Shown here: positions 28,578 through 38,565 of the stretch, in pieces
Numbering within the stretch: position 1 is the stretch's first letter
Layout: the number at the start of each line of letters is the position of its first letter
Assembly (NCBI GenBank): GCA_017635395.1
Contig: JAGBLN010000034.1
Span: 9,743 to 73,742, forward strand
Origin: Lachnospiraceae bacterium
GTDB taxonomy: Bacteria; Bacillota; Clostridia; Lachnospirales; Lachnospiraceae
DNA length: 64,000 bases
Direction: 5' to 3'
Notes under the pieces: generated by a model
What the model was told of the DNA's origin: nothing
Seen by the model: the letters and a program-made list of their open reading frames with translations, nothing else
Databases searched by the model: none
Made by a program: the position numbers and the translations under genes

Positions 28578-29853
28578 CCTCGGCCTTAAGCTGCTCTCGG
28601 TGGTGGTTGCTGTTGCGCTCTGGCTGTTAGTCATCAATTATGATGATCCTGTAATAATGAACAGCTATAGCGGAATACAGGTGGAGATACTTCACCCGGA
28701 AGCTCTCACTGACCAGAACAAGGTCTATGAGATACTGGATGAGACTGATGTGGTAGATGTTACCATAGAGGGAAAGCGCTCTGTGATTGACAGCCTCAAC
28801 AAGGAAAACATCCGGGCTACTGCGGATATGACGCAGATGACAGATGTGAATACTCTGACCATCAATTTTTCTACTAACAAAAATGACAACCAGCTTGAAT
28901 CCATTGTGGGTGATCATAGCGTGGTAAAGCTGGCTATAGAGAACAGGAAGGAAAAGCACCTGCCTATAGAGGTGGAAGTAACCGGAACCCCGGAAGAGGG
29001 GTACATTGTCGGGGATGTGACAACCAACCAGAATACAGTCAGAATTTCTGGTCCTGAGTCAGTGGTTGATACTATTGCATCGGCAAAATGCAGCGTCAGT
29101 GTTTCAGGACGGAGCTCTGATATTTCATCAACGGCAGACATTGTCCTTTTGGATAAAAAAGGAAATGAGGTCGTGCATGAAAACCTGACCGCTAATATAT
29201 CTTCAATAAATGTGAATATTTCCATACTTGAGCAGAAGGCTGTGGACATAATTTACAGTATGTCCGGCGTTCCGGCAGAAGGGTATGCAGTTGACGGGGA
29301 TCCTCAGGCTGACAGGACAGCGGTAGTGCTGGCTGGCCGTTCGTCTGTCATGGAGACTTTAAACAACCTTGTCATTCCGTCGGAAGTGCTGAGTGTTACC
29401 GGAAAGAGTGAGGAGTTTACCGTACAGATAGATCTCAATGATTACCTGCCTGCAGGAGTGCAGCTGGTATCGCCTGATGGAAGTGACTTTAACGGAATAG
29501 TGAATGTGTACATATCTGTTGTGCCTCTTGAGGATAAGACCCTTGATGTGCCGGTGGATAATATTACTCTTCTTGATGTGCCTGCTGGTTATGAGGCTAA
29601 GATAACTACAGATTCCGACGACGATGATGCAAATGACTTTGTAAGCCTTACTACTTCAGCAATAGGGCATTATTATGACGGAGTATATGCAACTGACATA
29701 ATGGGTGAAGTAGATATAGACGGCTATTTCCAGTCTGCAAATACAGATCCCAGTGAGGGAATATACCGCATAAAGGTTGATTTTGCTCTTCCTGAAGGCC
29801 TAAGTTCAAAAGCGGTAACATATGTGGATGTTAGGCTGACGGAAAAAGAATAA
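28492..29853 (+). CDS. cdaR: CdaR (YbbR-domain) regulator of CdaA; start uncertain (ATG 28492 or ATA 28546)
   Basis: NNLGLKLLSVVVAVALWLLV anchor, repeated YbbR-like domains, located between cdaA and glmM. Confidence 0.85.
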   Translation: MAKKTGEAADYIREEDGAIKKFLKKITNNLGLKLLSVVVAVALWLLVINYDDPVIMNSYSGIQVEILHPEALTDQNKVYEILDETDVVDVTIEGKRSVIDSLNKENIRATADMTQMTDVNTLTINFSTNKNDNQLESIVGDHSVVKLAIENRKEKHLPIEVEVTGTPEEGYIVGDVTTNQNTVRISGPESVVDTIASAKCSVSVSGRSSDISSTADIVLLDKKGNEVVHENLTANISSINVNISILEQKAVDIIYSMSGVPAEGYAVDGDPQADRTAVVLAGRSSVMETLNNLVIPSEVLSVTGKSEEFTVQIDLNDYLPAGVQLVSPDGSDFNGIVNVYISVVPLEDKTLDVPVDNITLLDVPAGYEAKITTDSDDDDANDFVSLTTSAIGHYYDGVYATDIMGEVDIDGYFQSANTDPSEGIYRIKVDFALPEGLSSKAVTYVDVRLTEKE

Positions 29854-29873
29854 TGGGGAAGGAAATACATAAA

Positions 29874-31223
29874 ATGGCAAGATTATTCGGAACAGACGGA
29901 GTGCGTGGTGTAGCAGGCAAAGAACTGACAGTAGAGCTTGCTATGCAGTTAGGACAGGCAGGTGCCTGCGTCCTGGCAAAGAATTCAAACCGCAAGCCGG
30001 TTATACTAGTCGGCTGCGATACAAGGATATCAGGCGGGATGCTTGCAAATGCGCTGATTGCAGGCATTACCTCTGTAGGCGCAGATGTAATCTATGTGGG
30101 CGTGGCGCCCACTCCGGCGGTGGCTTATCTTACAAGAAGGTACCGTGCAGATGCAGGAGTTGTTATATCTGCATCCCACAATCCGGTGGAATTTAACGGC
30201 ATAAAGTTTTTTGATGCACATGGTTTCAAGCTTCCTGATGCAACAGAGGATGAGATTGAGGCCATTATCAAGAACGGGCTGGATGTTTCTGCATCAAAGA
30301 CCGGCCTGGAAGTGGGCAGGATAGATTACCGTTTCGATGCGGCCGATGAGTATATCAACCACTCTGTCAATGCTGTGGATGTGGACCTGATCGGCATGAA
30401 GATAGTGGCTGACTGTGCAGAAGGCGCATCCTTTAATACTTCAATACAGGCACTTAAGAGGCTGGGGGCTGAGGTAATAGCCATACATGACAGACCTGAC
30501 GGTACAAATATCAATAAGGACTGCGGTTCAACGCATCTTGGGGAACTGTGCAGAAGAGTTGTGGAAGAAAAGGCTGATGCCGGCGTGGCTTTTGACGGCG
30601 ACGCGGACAGATTTCTGGCAGTTGATGAAAAGGGACAGGTTATAGACGGCGACCAGATAATGGCAATAGTCGGGCTGGATATGAAGGAGCGCGGAAAGCT
30701 TTCCGGTGACCGCCTGGTTGTTACCGTAATGAGCAATCTGGGGCTTACCATAATGGCTGATAAAAACGGCATCAATCTGGAACAGACCAAGGTTGGTGAC
30801 AGGTATGTGCTGGAAAGGATGAAGGAAATTGGATCGAACCTTGGCGGCGAACAGTCCGGTCACATCATTTTCCTTGATGAAAATACTACGGGCGACGGTC
30901 TCCTGTCAGCCCTGCATCTTCTTGAAGTAATGAAGAGAAGCGGCAAGAAGCTCTCAGAACTTGCAGGAGTTATGGAAGTACTGCCTCAGGCTCTTGTAAA
31001 CGCCAAGGCATCTAATGATAAGAAGCATGATTTTATGCAATCGGAAGCTGTTGCAGGAGCTATTAAGGCCCTTGAAGAAAAGTATGCTGGCGGGGGCAGG
31101 GTGCTCATCAGGCCTTCAGGTACAGAGCCTTTGGTAAGGGTAATGATCGAGGGGCGTGACAAGTCTGTGATAGACAAAGATGCTTCAGATCTGGCAGCTC
31201 TTATAGAGAAAGAACTGGGTTAA
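29874..31223 (+). CDS. glmM: Phosphoglucosamine mutase
   Basis: RLFGTDGVRG, ISASHNP, FDGDADR, GGEQSGH, RPSGTEP. Confidence 0.93.
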   Translation: MARLFGTDGVRGVAGKELTVELAMQLGQAGACVLAKNSNRKPVILVGCDTRISGGMLANALIAGITSVGADVIYVGVAPTPAVAYLTRRYRADAGVVISASHNPVEFNGIKFFDAHGFKLPDATEDEIEAIIKNGLDVSASKTGLEVGRIDYRFDAADEYINHSVNAVDVDLIGMKIVADCAEGASFNTSIQALKRLGAEVIAIHDRPDGTNINKDCGSTHLGELCRRVVEEKADAGVAFDGDADRFLAVDEKGQVIDGDQIMAIVGLDMKERGKLSGDRLVVTVMSNLGLTIMADKNGINLEQTKVGDRYVLERMKEIGSNLGGEQSGHIIFLDENTTGDGLLSALHLLEVMKRSGKKLSELAGVMEVLPQALVNAKASNDKKHDFMQSEAVAGAIKALEEKYAGGGRVLIRPSGTEPLVRVMIEGRDKSVIDKDASDLAALIEKELG

Positions 31224-31328
31224 GTTTGACTCTCAATGGATTGCGGGAAACCACTTAATGTGGTAGAATAAAACACAGATTTGAGAAGGTATAGCGGTTA
31301 CAGGGGTATGCAAAATACATAGGGGGAC

Positions 31329-31601
31329 ATGCGTATGGTCAGCCAAAAAGTCAGGGTGATCAATTCGACGGGACTGCATCTAAGACCCGCAGGGGTTCTA
31401 TGCAAGGAGTCGATGAAATTTAAAGCACAAACCACTTTCAAGTTTGGGGATAATATTGCGAATGCGAAGAGTGTCCTAAGCGTTTTGGGTGCGTGTGTTA
31501 AGTGTGGCGATGAGATAGAGCTGGTCTGTGACGGCGAAGATGAAGAAGAAGCATTGGAATATCTTGTGAATGCTATTCAGAACGGACTTGGCGAAGGATA
31601 A
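31329..31601 (+). CDS. HPr-family phosphocarrier protein
   Basis: GLHLRPA (His15) and NAKSVLSV (Ser46). Confidence 0.88.
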   Translation: MRMVSQKVRVINSTGLHLRPAGVLCKESMKFKAQTTFKFGDNIANAKSVLSVLGACVKCGDEIELVCDGEDEEEALEYLVNAIQNGLGEG

Positions 31602-31622
31602 AAGATAATATTCCGCTACTCG

Positions 31623-31652
31623 CAGCCTGCTTTTTAAAAGTGGGCTGTTTTT
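31623..31652 (+). terminator. Rho-independent terminator
   Basis: CAGCCTGCT/AGTGGGCTG stem followed by TTTTT. Confidence 0.7.
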
Positions 31653-31708
31653 ATTATTAAGGCAGATTATTATGGCAGGTTCGGAAATACCTGCAAATGG
31701 AGGTCGAG

Positions 31709-33388
31709 ATGTTAAACTACAAGAAGTATCAGAGAGTGCCGGTTGAGGATTTCAAGCAGCGTACATGGCCTGACAAGCAGATCATGAAAGCTCCCGTATG
31801 GTGTAGCGTGGACCTACGCGACGGAAACCAGGCGCTAATAGATCCCATGGTTGTTTCAGAGAAAATAGAGTTTTTTAATTATCTGATAAAGCTTGGCTTT
31901 AAGGAAATCGAGGTTGGATTCCCTGCAGCCAGCCAGATAGAGTATGATTTTATCAGACAGGTAATAGAGAGGAAGATGCTGCCGGATGACGTGAAGCTTC
32001 AGGTTCTTGCGCAGTGCAGAGAAGAGCAGATCATAAGGAATTTTGAGACTGTCCAGGGGACTAAGTCTTTCATAATGCATATCTATAATTCCACATCAAC
32101 CCTTCAGAGGGATGTGGTGTTCAATGCTGACAAGCAGAAGGTTATTGATATTGCTGTAGGCGGCGTACAGATGGTTAAGCGTCACTTAAATGAGTACGAT
32201 GGTGAGACTATACTTGAGTATTCTCCGGAGAGCTTTACCGGTACGGAATTAGACTATGCGCTTGAGGTGTGCAATGCTGTAATCGACGAATGGGGACCTA
32301 CACCGGATCACAAGATGATAATCAATCTTCCGTCCACCGTTGAGATGACCACCCCTAATGTATTTGCTGACAGGATAGAGTTCATGTCAACAAACATGAA
32401 CAAGCGTGACAGCATAATCCTTTCCGTTCATCCCCACAATGACAGGGGAACAGGCGTGGCTACTGCTGAACTCGCTTTGCTTGCAGGTGCAGACAGAATT
32501 GAAGGTACGCTTTTCGGTAACGGTGAAAGAACAGGAAATGTAGATATAGTTACCCTTGCATATAACATGTTCTCACAGGGCATCGATCCTGAACTTGCCC
32601 TTGATAATATAAAAGAGGCGGCAGAGCTTTTCGAGAGGACATGCAAGATGGACATACACCCTCGTCATCCTTATGCCGGCAAGCTGGTATTTACAGCTTT
32701 CTCAGGTTCACATCAGGATGCTATCAACAAGGGTGTTGCTGCTATGCGTGAGCGTAACAGCGAGATATGGGCAGTTCCGTACCTGCCTATTGATCCATCG
32801 GATATCGGAAGAGAGTACGAGCCTATCGTGCGTATCAATTCCCAGTCCGGCAAGGGTGGAGTTGCATTTGTCATGGATACATATTTCGGCTTCAAGCTGC
32901 CTAAGGGAATGCAGCGTGAGTTCGCTGATGTTATTCAGGTACTTTCTGAAAAACAGGGTGAGGTATCACCTGATACCATTATGGATGAGTTCAGGGATGA
33001 GTATCTTAACCGCAAGGAGCCTATCCACTTTAGGAAGCTTAAGGTTGAGGATCTTTCCGGTGAGACAGAGAGCGAGTTTGACACAAAGGTAGTGCTTACG
33101 TATACCGACCACGGAACGGAAAAGCAGTTTGAGGCTGTCGGAAACGGACCTCTTGATGCTGTCCAGAGAGGCCTTACTATGACCTTCGAGAAGCGCATAA
33201 AGATCTTAGATTACGAGGAGCATGCACTTCAGAGCGGATCCAATTCACAGGCAGCTGCATACATCCACCTGCTGGATGCCGATACCGGCAAGGCAACTTA
33301 CGGTGTTGGTGTAAGCTCAAATATTACCAGGGCATCCGTAAGGGCTGTGTTCTCTGCATTTAACAGACTTGACCTTGGCGGCAAGTAA
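31709..33388 (+). CDS. leuA: 2-isopropylmalate synthase (LeuA2/yeast-type)
   Basis: WCSVDLRDGNQAL, EYSPESF, HPHNDRG, GNGERTGN, RINSQSGKGG; RBS GGAGG before ATG 31709. Confidence 0.93.
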   Translation: MLNYKKYQRVPVEDFKQRTWPDKQIMKAPVWCSVDLRDGNQALIDPMVVSEKIEFFNYLIKLGFKEIEVGFPAASQIEYDFIRQVIERKMLPDDVKLQVLAQCREEQIIRNFETVQGTKSFIMHIYNSTSTLQRDVVFNADKQKVIDIAVGGVQMVKRHLNEYDGETILEYSPESFTGTELDYALEVCNAVIDEWGPTPDHKMIINLPSTVEMTTPNVFADRIEFMSTNMNKRDSIILSVHPHNDRGTGVATAELALLAGADRIEGTLFGNGERTGNVDIVTLAYNMFSQGIDPELALDNIKEAAELFERTCKMDIHPRHPYAGKLVFTAFSGSHQDAINKGVAAMRERNSEIWAVPYLPIDPSDIGREYEPIVRINSQSGKGGVAFVMDTYFGFKLPKGMQREFADVIQVLSEKQGEVSPDTIMDEFRDEYLNRKEPIHFRKLKVEDLSGETESEFDTKVVLTYTDHGTEKQFEAVGNGPLDAVQRGLTMTFEKRIKILDYEEHALQSGSNSQAAAYIHLLDADTGKATYGVGVSSNITRASVRAVFSAFNRLDLGGK

Positions 33389-33443
33389 TAGATTTAGCTG
33401 ATAACATTAATAAACTTTTATCACTGTTATGAGGTGAAATGTA

Positions 33444-34298
33444 ATGGGGAAGAAAATAGTTGTTACAGGCTGTAACGGTCAGCTGGGGCGCGCACTGAAG
33501 AAGGAACTGGCTGCCGACACTGAATACGAGTATATAGGTACGGATGTTGATGAGCTGGATATCACATCGTCATCAGCTGTGCTTGATTATGTCAGGGGCA
33601 TAAAGCCCTATGCTATAGTCAACTGTGCGGCATACACGAATGTAGACGGATGTGAAAAGAATGAAGACCTGGCAATGAAGATAAATGCCATCGGTCCCCG
33701 CAATCTGGCAGTTGCCGCAACTGATGCTGGTGCAAAGCTTGTGCATATTTCTACCGACTATGTTTTTCCCGGTAACGGTGACAGGCCTTATAAGGAATTT
33801 GATACACCTTCTCCTAAGAGTGCATACGGCAGGACTAAGCTTGAAGGGGAAAGATTCGTAAGCTGTTTTTCAGACCGCTTCTTTATGATAAGAACAGCCT
33901 GGCTTTATGGTGAAGGCAAGAATTTCGTAAAGACCATGCTGGCACTTTCAGAAAAAAATGACAAGATTGGTGTGGTGGATGACCAGCTGGGAAATCCTAC
34001 ATCAGCTGCAGAGCTGGCAAGAGCAATCCATCTGCTTCTTCCCACAGACGAGTATGGTACTTATCATGGAACCTGTGAAGGAATATGCAGCTGGGCTGAA
34101 TTTACGGAGGAGATATTCCGTCTGGCTGGCAAGAATACAGTAGTAGAAAAGATCAGTTCCGAGGAATACAAGAGAAGATTCCCTGAATCTGCAGACAGAC
34201 CGTCATATTCTGCGCTTGAGAATTATATGTTCAAGCTGAATACGGATATCAGATTTAAAGACTGGCATGATGCCATAGCAGAGTATTTAGCTGATTGA
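33444..34298 (+). CDS. rfbD: dTDP-4-dehydrorhamnose reductase
   Basis: TGCNGQLG, NCAAYTNVD, STDYVF, YGRTK. Confidence 0.9.
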   Translation: MGKKIVVTGCNGQLGRALKKELAADTEYEYIGTDVDELDITSSSAVLDYVRGIKPYAIVNCAAYTNVDGCEKNEDLAMKINAIGPRNLAVAATDAGAKLVHISTDYVFPGNGDRPYKEFDTPSPKSAYGRTKLEGERFVSCFSDRFFMIRTAWLYGEGKNFVKTMLALSEKNDKIGVVDDQLGNPTSAAELARAIHLLLPTDEYGTYHGTCEGICSWAEFTEEIFRLAGKNTVVEKISSEEYKRRFPESADRPSYSALENYMFKLNTDIRFKDWHDAIAEYLAD

Positions 34299-34301
34299 TT
34301 A

Positions 34302-34781
34302 TTACACAGGCATTGCAGGAAGAAGGTTACAAACCAGCAGTGCGATGAGGATTCCGACTATTGCGCCCACTGCTACCTGAAGGGGAGAGTGGCCGACGAA
34401 TTCCTTGAGCTTATCTTCTGCGGATATATCGGTATCGATACCCATCTTGCTGATGGTGTCGATCATCTCATTCAGCACACTGGCCTGCTTACCGGCCTGG
34501 CGCCTTACACCGAGGGCATCGTACATTACGATCATTGCAAAAGCGGCAGCAAGAGCGAATTCCACACCGCCTGCACCATACTGATAGCATACAGCAGTAG
34601 CAAGACCGCATACGGTAGCAGAGTGGGAGCTGGGCATTCCGCCTGTTCCGACTAAACGCTCAGCATCAAAGTTTTTGGTCATTACCGTGTGCAGGATTGT
34701 TTTTGAAATCTGTGCAACGAACCAGCCGCCTGCTGCGGAGAGTATTATAGGGTTGTGTATAAGCTCTGTAAAAAACTCCAT
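34302..34781 (-). CDS. Divergent PAP2 family protein (DUF212/YuiD-like)
   Basis: GGMPSSHSA, VMYDALGVRRQAG, LKEFVGHSPLQV; RBS GGAGG before ATG 34781. Confidence 0.88.
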   Translation of the reverse strand: MEFFTELIHNPIILSAAGGWFVAQISKTILHTVMTKNFDAERLVGTGGMPSSHSATVCGLATAVCYQYGAGGVEFALAAAFAMIVMYDALGVRRQAGKQASVLNEMIDTISKMGIDTDISAEDKLKEFVGHSPLQVAVGAIVGILIALLVCNLLPAMPV

Positions 34782-34925
34782 CAGTAGTGCCTCCAAACGA
34801 ACACTTGTGGATGAGTAATATTATTCTTCTAAAAAACTAACTTTAATATTATAAGAGTATACGGATAAAAATACAACAAACAAAATATCATAATTTATGA
34901 AATGACATTGGAAAGGACATTGGAA

Positions 34926-35870
34926 ATGGAAAAAACAGACAAAATCTATGTAGCAGGTCACAGGGGACTGGTTGGCTCAGCAATCGTCCGTTCATTAAAA
35001 AGAAACGGCTATGAGAATATCATAGGCAGGACACATAAGGAGCTTGACCTTAAGGAACAGGCTGATGTTCGTGCATTTTTTGAGGCTGAAAAGCCTGATA
35101 TAGTTGTGCTTGCTGCAGCTAAGGTGGGCGGAATAAATGCAAATAACACTGCACCTGCTGATTTTGCATATGAAAATATGCAGATCCAGTGCAATGTTAT
35201 TAAGTGCTGTCATGACTACAAGGTTAAGAAGCTTCTTTTCCTGGGAAGCACCTGTATCTACCCTAAGATGGCTCCGCAGCCTATTCCTGAGGATGCACTT
35301 CTTACAGGCCCCCTTGAGCCTACGAATGAGGCATATGCTATCGCAAAGATATCCGGCCTTGAGATGTGCAGGTTTTTCAAAAAGCAGTACGGCGATAATT
35401 TCATAAGCTGCATGCCTACAAATCTTTACGGACCTTATGACAATTACGAGTTACAGGGTTCCCATGTGCTCCCTGCAATGATAAGGAAGTTCCACGAGGC
35501 TAAGAAGAGCGGTGCTGCAACAGTGGAGCTCTGGGGAACAGGTTCGCCCCTCCGTGAGTTCCTGTACGTTGACGATATGGCTGATGCCTGCGTTTTTCTG
35601 CTTGAAAACTACGATGGCGAGCAGCATGTGAATATAGGAACCGGCAAGGAACTTACCATAAAGGAACTTGCTGAGCTTGTAAAGAAGACCGTGGGATTTG
35701 AAGGCGATATCGTATGGAACAGTGAGATGCCGGACGGAACTCCCAGAAAGCTTACTGATGTTACAAAGCTCCACAGCCTTGGATTCCATCACAAGGTGGA
35801 CCTTGAAGAAGGCGTTAAGCTTGCCTATGACTGGTTTAAGGAAAATGTGGAACAGGCGAGAGGAATGTAA
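34926..35870 (+). CDS. fcl: GDP-L-fucose synthase
   Basis: [41 protein letters not shown]. Confidence 0.92.
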   Translation: MEKTDKIYVAGHRGLVGSAIVRSLKRNGYENIIGRTHKELDLKEQADVRAFFEAEKPDIVVLAAAKVGGINANNTAPADFAYENMQIQCNVIKCCHDYKVKKLLFLGSTCIYPKMAPQPIPEDALLTGPLEPTNEAYAIAKISGLEMCRFFKKQYGDNFISCMPTNLYGPYDNYELQGSHVLPAMIRKFHEAKKSGAATVELWGTGSPLREFLYVDDMADACVFLLENYDGEQHVNIGTGKELTIKELAELVKKTVGFEGDIVWNSEMPDGTPRKLTDVTKLHSLGFHHKVDLEEGVKLAYDWFKENVEQARGM

Positions 35871-35873
35871 TAT

Positions 35874-36887
35874 ATGGTCTATATACTTCCGGTATTCATG
35901 ATCATTGTGGCTTATTTTTCGGGCAGGCTGCCGGAAGTTTTATTCAAGGTAAATAAAAAGAACCACGTACCAGAAAACAAAGGGGAAACATGCCTTAACG
36001 GGATGTTTCTCCTTTTTGTAATATGGGATATTTTAGCCCTTATCACATCATATTGCGGGATCGGCTTTACCCTGATAGTCAGGATATATGTTGCAATTAT
36101 GGGCGTGATCCTTATTGCGTCGAATATTATCCTTTACCGGAAGAAAAAGCCTAAAAAATGGTATTCGGATGTAAGCATACCTAATATTTTTCTTTTTGCT
36201 GTTGCAGTGTTACTACTGCAGTTTGCACTGATTTTTTTTATAGCTCCTGACATTTCCGAGGATAATGTCAAGGTTTCGGTACTGACGATCATTTCTGACG
36301 GACGGCTCCATGTTACGGATCCGGGAACGGGAATATCTGAGGGGTACAGTATAAATTTTCTTGGACGTGTTCCGGAGCTGGATTCTTTTTACGCTATGCT
36401 TGCGTACCTGACGGATTTTAAGACAGAGGCGCTGATGTACCGTTCAGTTCCGGTAATAGTCCTTCTGTTTTCCTATATGGCTTACGGCATGTGGGTTGAT
36501 CTCCTCTGCGACAAGACAGAGGACGGGAAAAGAAAAAAGAGCATTCTTTATGTTGTAATAGGAACGCTGAACATATGCGGGTCTATTTCCACCAGCGGGA
36601 TATACTACTATCAGATGCATTGCGGCTTTAGGCCTGAAGTAATCATCTTCAGCGTGTTTGTGCCTTATACGGCGTATCTCTGCTGCAGGATATTAAGGGA
36701 CAGGGATCATGTGTGCATTGCGTATCTTATACTGACATATCTCGCATCTCTGGGAGTGACAGGCCTGATAAGAGGGTTCGTTCCGCTTGTTGCTGTTACT
36801 GTGGTCAGTGCGGTGATAATAATTTGGGGAGACCTGGCGCGTAAGCATGGCTGGAACTGGAAGCCGAGAACGGGGGCTGGAAGATGA
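35874..36887 (+). CDS. Polytopic membrane protein (possibly DUF6077-like)
   Basis: Many TM segments with one loop (SEDNV...TDPGTG); inside glycan locus. Confidence 0.55.
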   Translation: MVYILPVFMIIVAYFSGRLPEVLFKVNKKNHVPENKGETCLNGMFLLFVIWDILALITSYCGIGFTLIVRIYVAIMGVILIASNIILYRKKKPKKWYSDVSIPNIFLFAVAVLLLQFALIFFIAPDISEDNVKVSVLTIISDGRLHVTDPGTGISEGYSINFLGRVPELDSFYAMLAYLTDFKTEALMYRSVPVIVLLFSYMAYGMWVDLLCDKTEDGKRKKSILYVVIGTLNICGSISTSGIYYYQMHCGFRPEVIIFSVFVPYTAYLCCRILRDRDHVCIAYLILTYLASLGVTGLIRGFVPLVAVTVVSAVIIIWGDLARKHGWNWKPRTGAGR

Positions 36888-37759
36888 CTTTTGAAAGCAT
36901 ATTCGATATCTTCCGTACTATGAGGGACACCCTGGAGAGTGCCGGCACAAGCGCAGGGCTCAGTGGACTCTTTCTCGCCGGCCTGCTTGCATTATGGTAT
37001 TCCAAGGACAGGGTTTCAAGGCGGATCAGGTTTTTGTTTGTATATGCAACAGTTATGCTGATAATGGTAATAACGCCTTTTTACAGCGATTTCTGTAGCC
37101 TGTATCTCCCGGGGCTGACCGTGCTGGGGGCACATCTATGGTTTCTGCCTGTCACACTGGTATTTATGGGAACCGTCTATCTGATATCTGATTCAATAAA
37201 AGAAAGCAGGAATATCATGAAACTGGGCGCGGCATTCCTTGTAATAATGTTTCTGGCAGGGGCCACGGCATATACAGAGAGAAGCTTTATCCCTGCAAGT
37301 GCTGAAGGCGTATATACTGAAGGCAAGGCTTATATTGCAATGGAAATGGTGGAACGCTACATTGAGGATAAAGGCGAGGATTCCATGCTGCTTCTTTCTT
37401 CGGATGATGTCATGGAAACGGTGAGAAGGCATGACACAAGCGTCTGTGTGCTTTACGGACGCGACATATTTGAGGGCAATAAAAGTATGGTGCACGGCGT
37501 TATCTATAGTGAGGAACAGAAGGCGGCGTACAGGGCAATGCATGAAGGCTCGTACGATGTTGAGAGCATTACTGCCATAGCGGATTCATGCGGTGTAACG
37601 CTGATAGTCCTTGAAAAAGAAGATGAAGAAGAATCCCGGCAGGAAACGGAAGAAGCCGGCGAAGAAGAACCGGAAGAGCTTGACTTAAGCGGATATGCTG
37701 TATACTCGGAGAACGAGTCCTATATCTGTTATGCGAGAGAGGAAAAATGCAATGGATGA
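36884..37759 (+). CDS. Membrane protein, four N-terminal TMs plus soluble C-terminal domain
   Basis: ATGA overlap with previous gene; VLYGRD motif, acidic tail. Confidence 0.6.
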   Translation: MTFESIFDIFRTMRDTLESAGTSAGLSGLFLAGLLALWYSKDRVSRRIRFLFVYATVMLIMVITPFYSDFCSLYLPGLTVLGAHLWFLPVTLVFMGTVYLISDSIKESRNIMKLGAAFLVIMFLAGATAYTERSFIPASAEGVYTEGKAYIAMEMVERYIEDKGEDSMLLLSSDDVMETVRRHDTSVCVLYGRDIFEGNKSMVHGVIYSEEQKAAYRAMHEGSYDVESITAIADSCGVTLIVLEKEDEEESRQETEEAGEEEPEELDLSGYAVYSENESYICYAREEKCNG

Positions 37760-38507
37760 CAGTCTGATAAGCATAGTTATGCCGGTACATAATGCGGAAA
37801 AGTACGTTCAGCAGACCGTGGCATCCGTTAGGCGCCAGTCCTATGAAAACTGGGAGCTGATACTGGTTGAGGACGCGTCGACGGACGGGACTCTGGAGGT
37901 GCTTGAAAAACTTGAGAAATCCGATAGCCGTATCAGGCTGATAAAAAATGAGGGTGAACACGGAGCCTCCTATGCACGGAATGCAGGAATTGCCGCGGCA
38001 ACAGGCCGCTATCTGGCCTATCTGGATGCTGACGATATATGGAGCAGGCATAAGCTTGAAGAACAGCTGGCTTTTATGAAGGAAAAAGGGGCTGTGTTTA
38101 CCTTTACAGCGTATGAATTCGGGGATGCTGACTGCAAAGGTACGGGAAAGGTTGTGCGCGTGCCGGAAAAACTGGATTACAAAAGGGCCCTGTCGAGGAC
38201 TGTAATATTTACATCCACAGTAATGTTTGACCTGGGCCATATAGATAAGGAGCTTATCTATATGCCTCATATAAAGAGCGAGGACACGGCTTCCTGGTGG
38301 AAGATATTAAAGAGCGGTGTTATAGCATACGGCCTCAATAAGGTGTATGTCATATACCGCATAAGCGGCAACAGCCTTTCCTCGGACAAGATAGAGGCGC
38401 TGCGCAGGATATGGAACTTATATAGAAAAAGCGAGCATTTGTCACTGCCGTACAGCTGTGTGCTATTTGTCGGCTGGGCTTTCCGTGCGGTTGTAAGACG
38501 GCTATAG
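37752..38507 (+). CDS. Glycosyltransferase family 2 (TuaG-like)
   Basis: ISIVMPVHN, EDASTD, ARNAGI, YLDADDIW, SED. Confidence 0.88.
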   Translation: MDDSLISIVMPVHNAEKYVQQTVASVRRQSYENWELILVEDASTDGTLEVLEKLEKSDSRIRLIKNEGEHGASYARNAGIAAATGRYLAYLDADDIWSRHKLEEQLAFMKEKGAVFTFTAYEFGDADCKGTGKVVRVPEKLDYKRALSRTVIFTSTVMFDLGHIDKELIYMPHIKSEDTASWWKILKSGVIAYGLNKVYVIYRISGNSLSSDKIEALRRIWNLYRKSEHLSLPYSCVLFVGWAFRAVVRRL

Positions 38508-38565
38508 ATTTGTTATAATACGAGTTAACATAACATAGGAAAATTATTCGGAAAAAGCAACTTTG

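Noticed and set aside
31602-31708. T-box or leader peptide for leuA
   Set aside because: Region too short and lacks a T-box motif; only a terminator and a small hairpin
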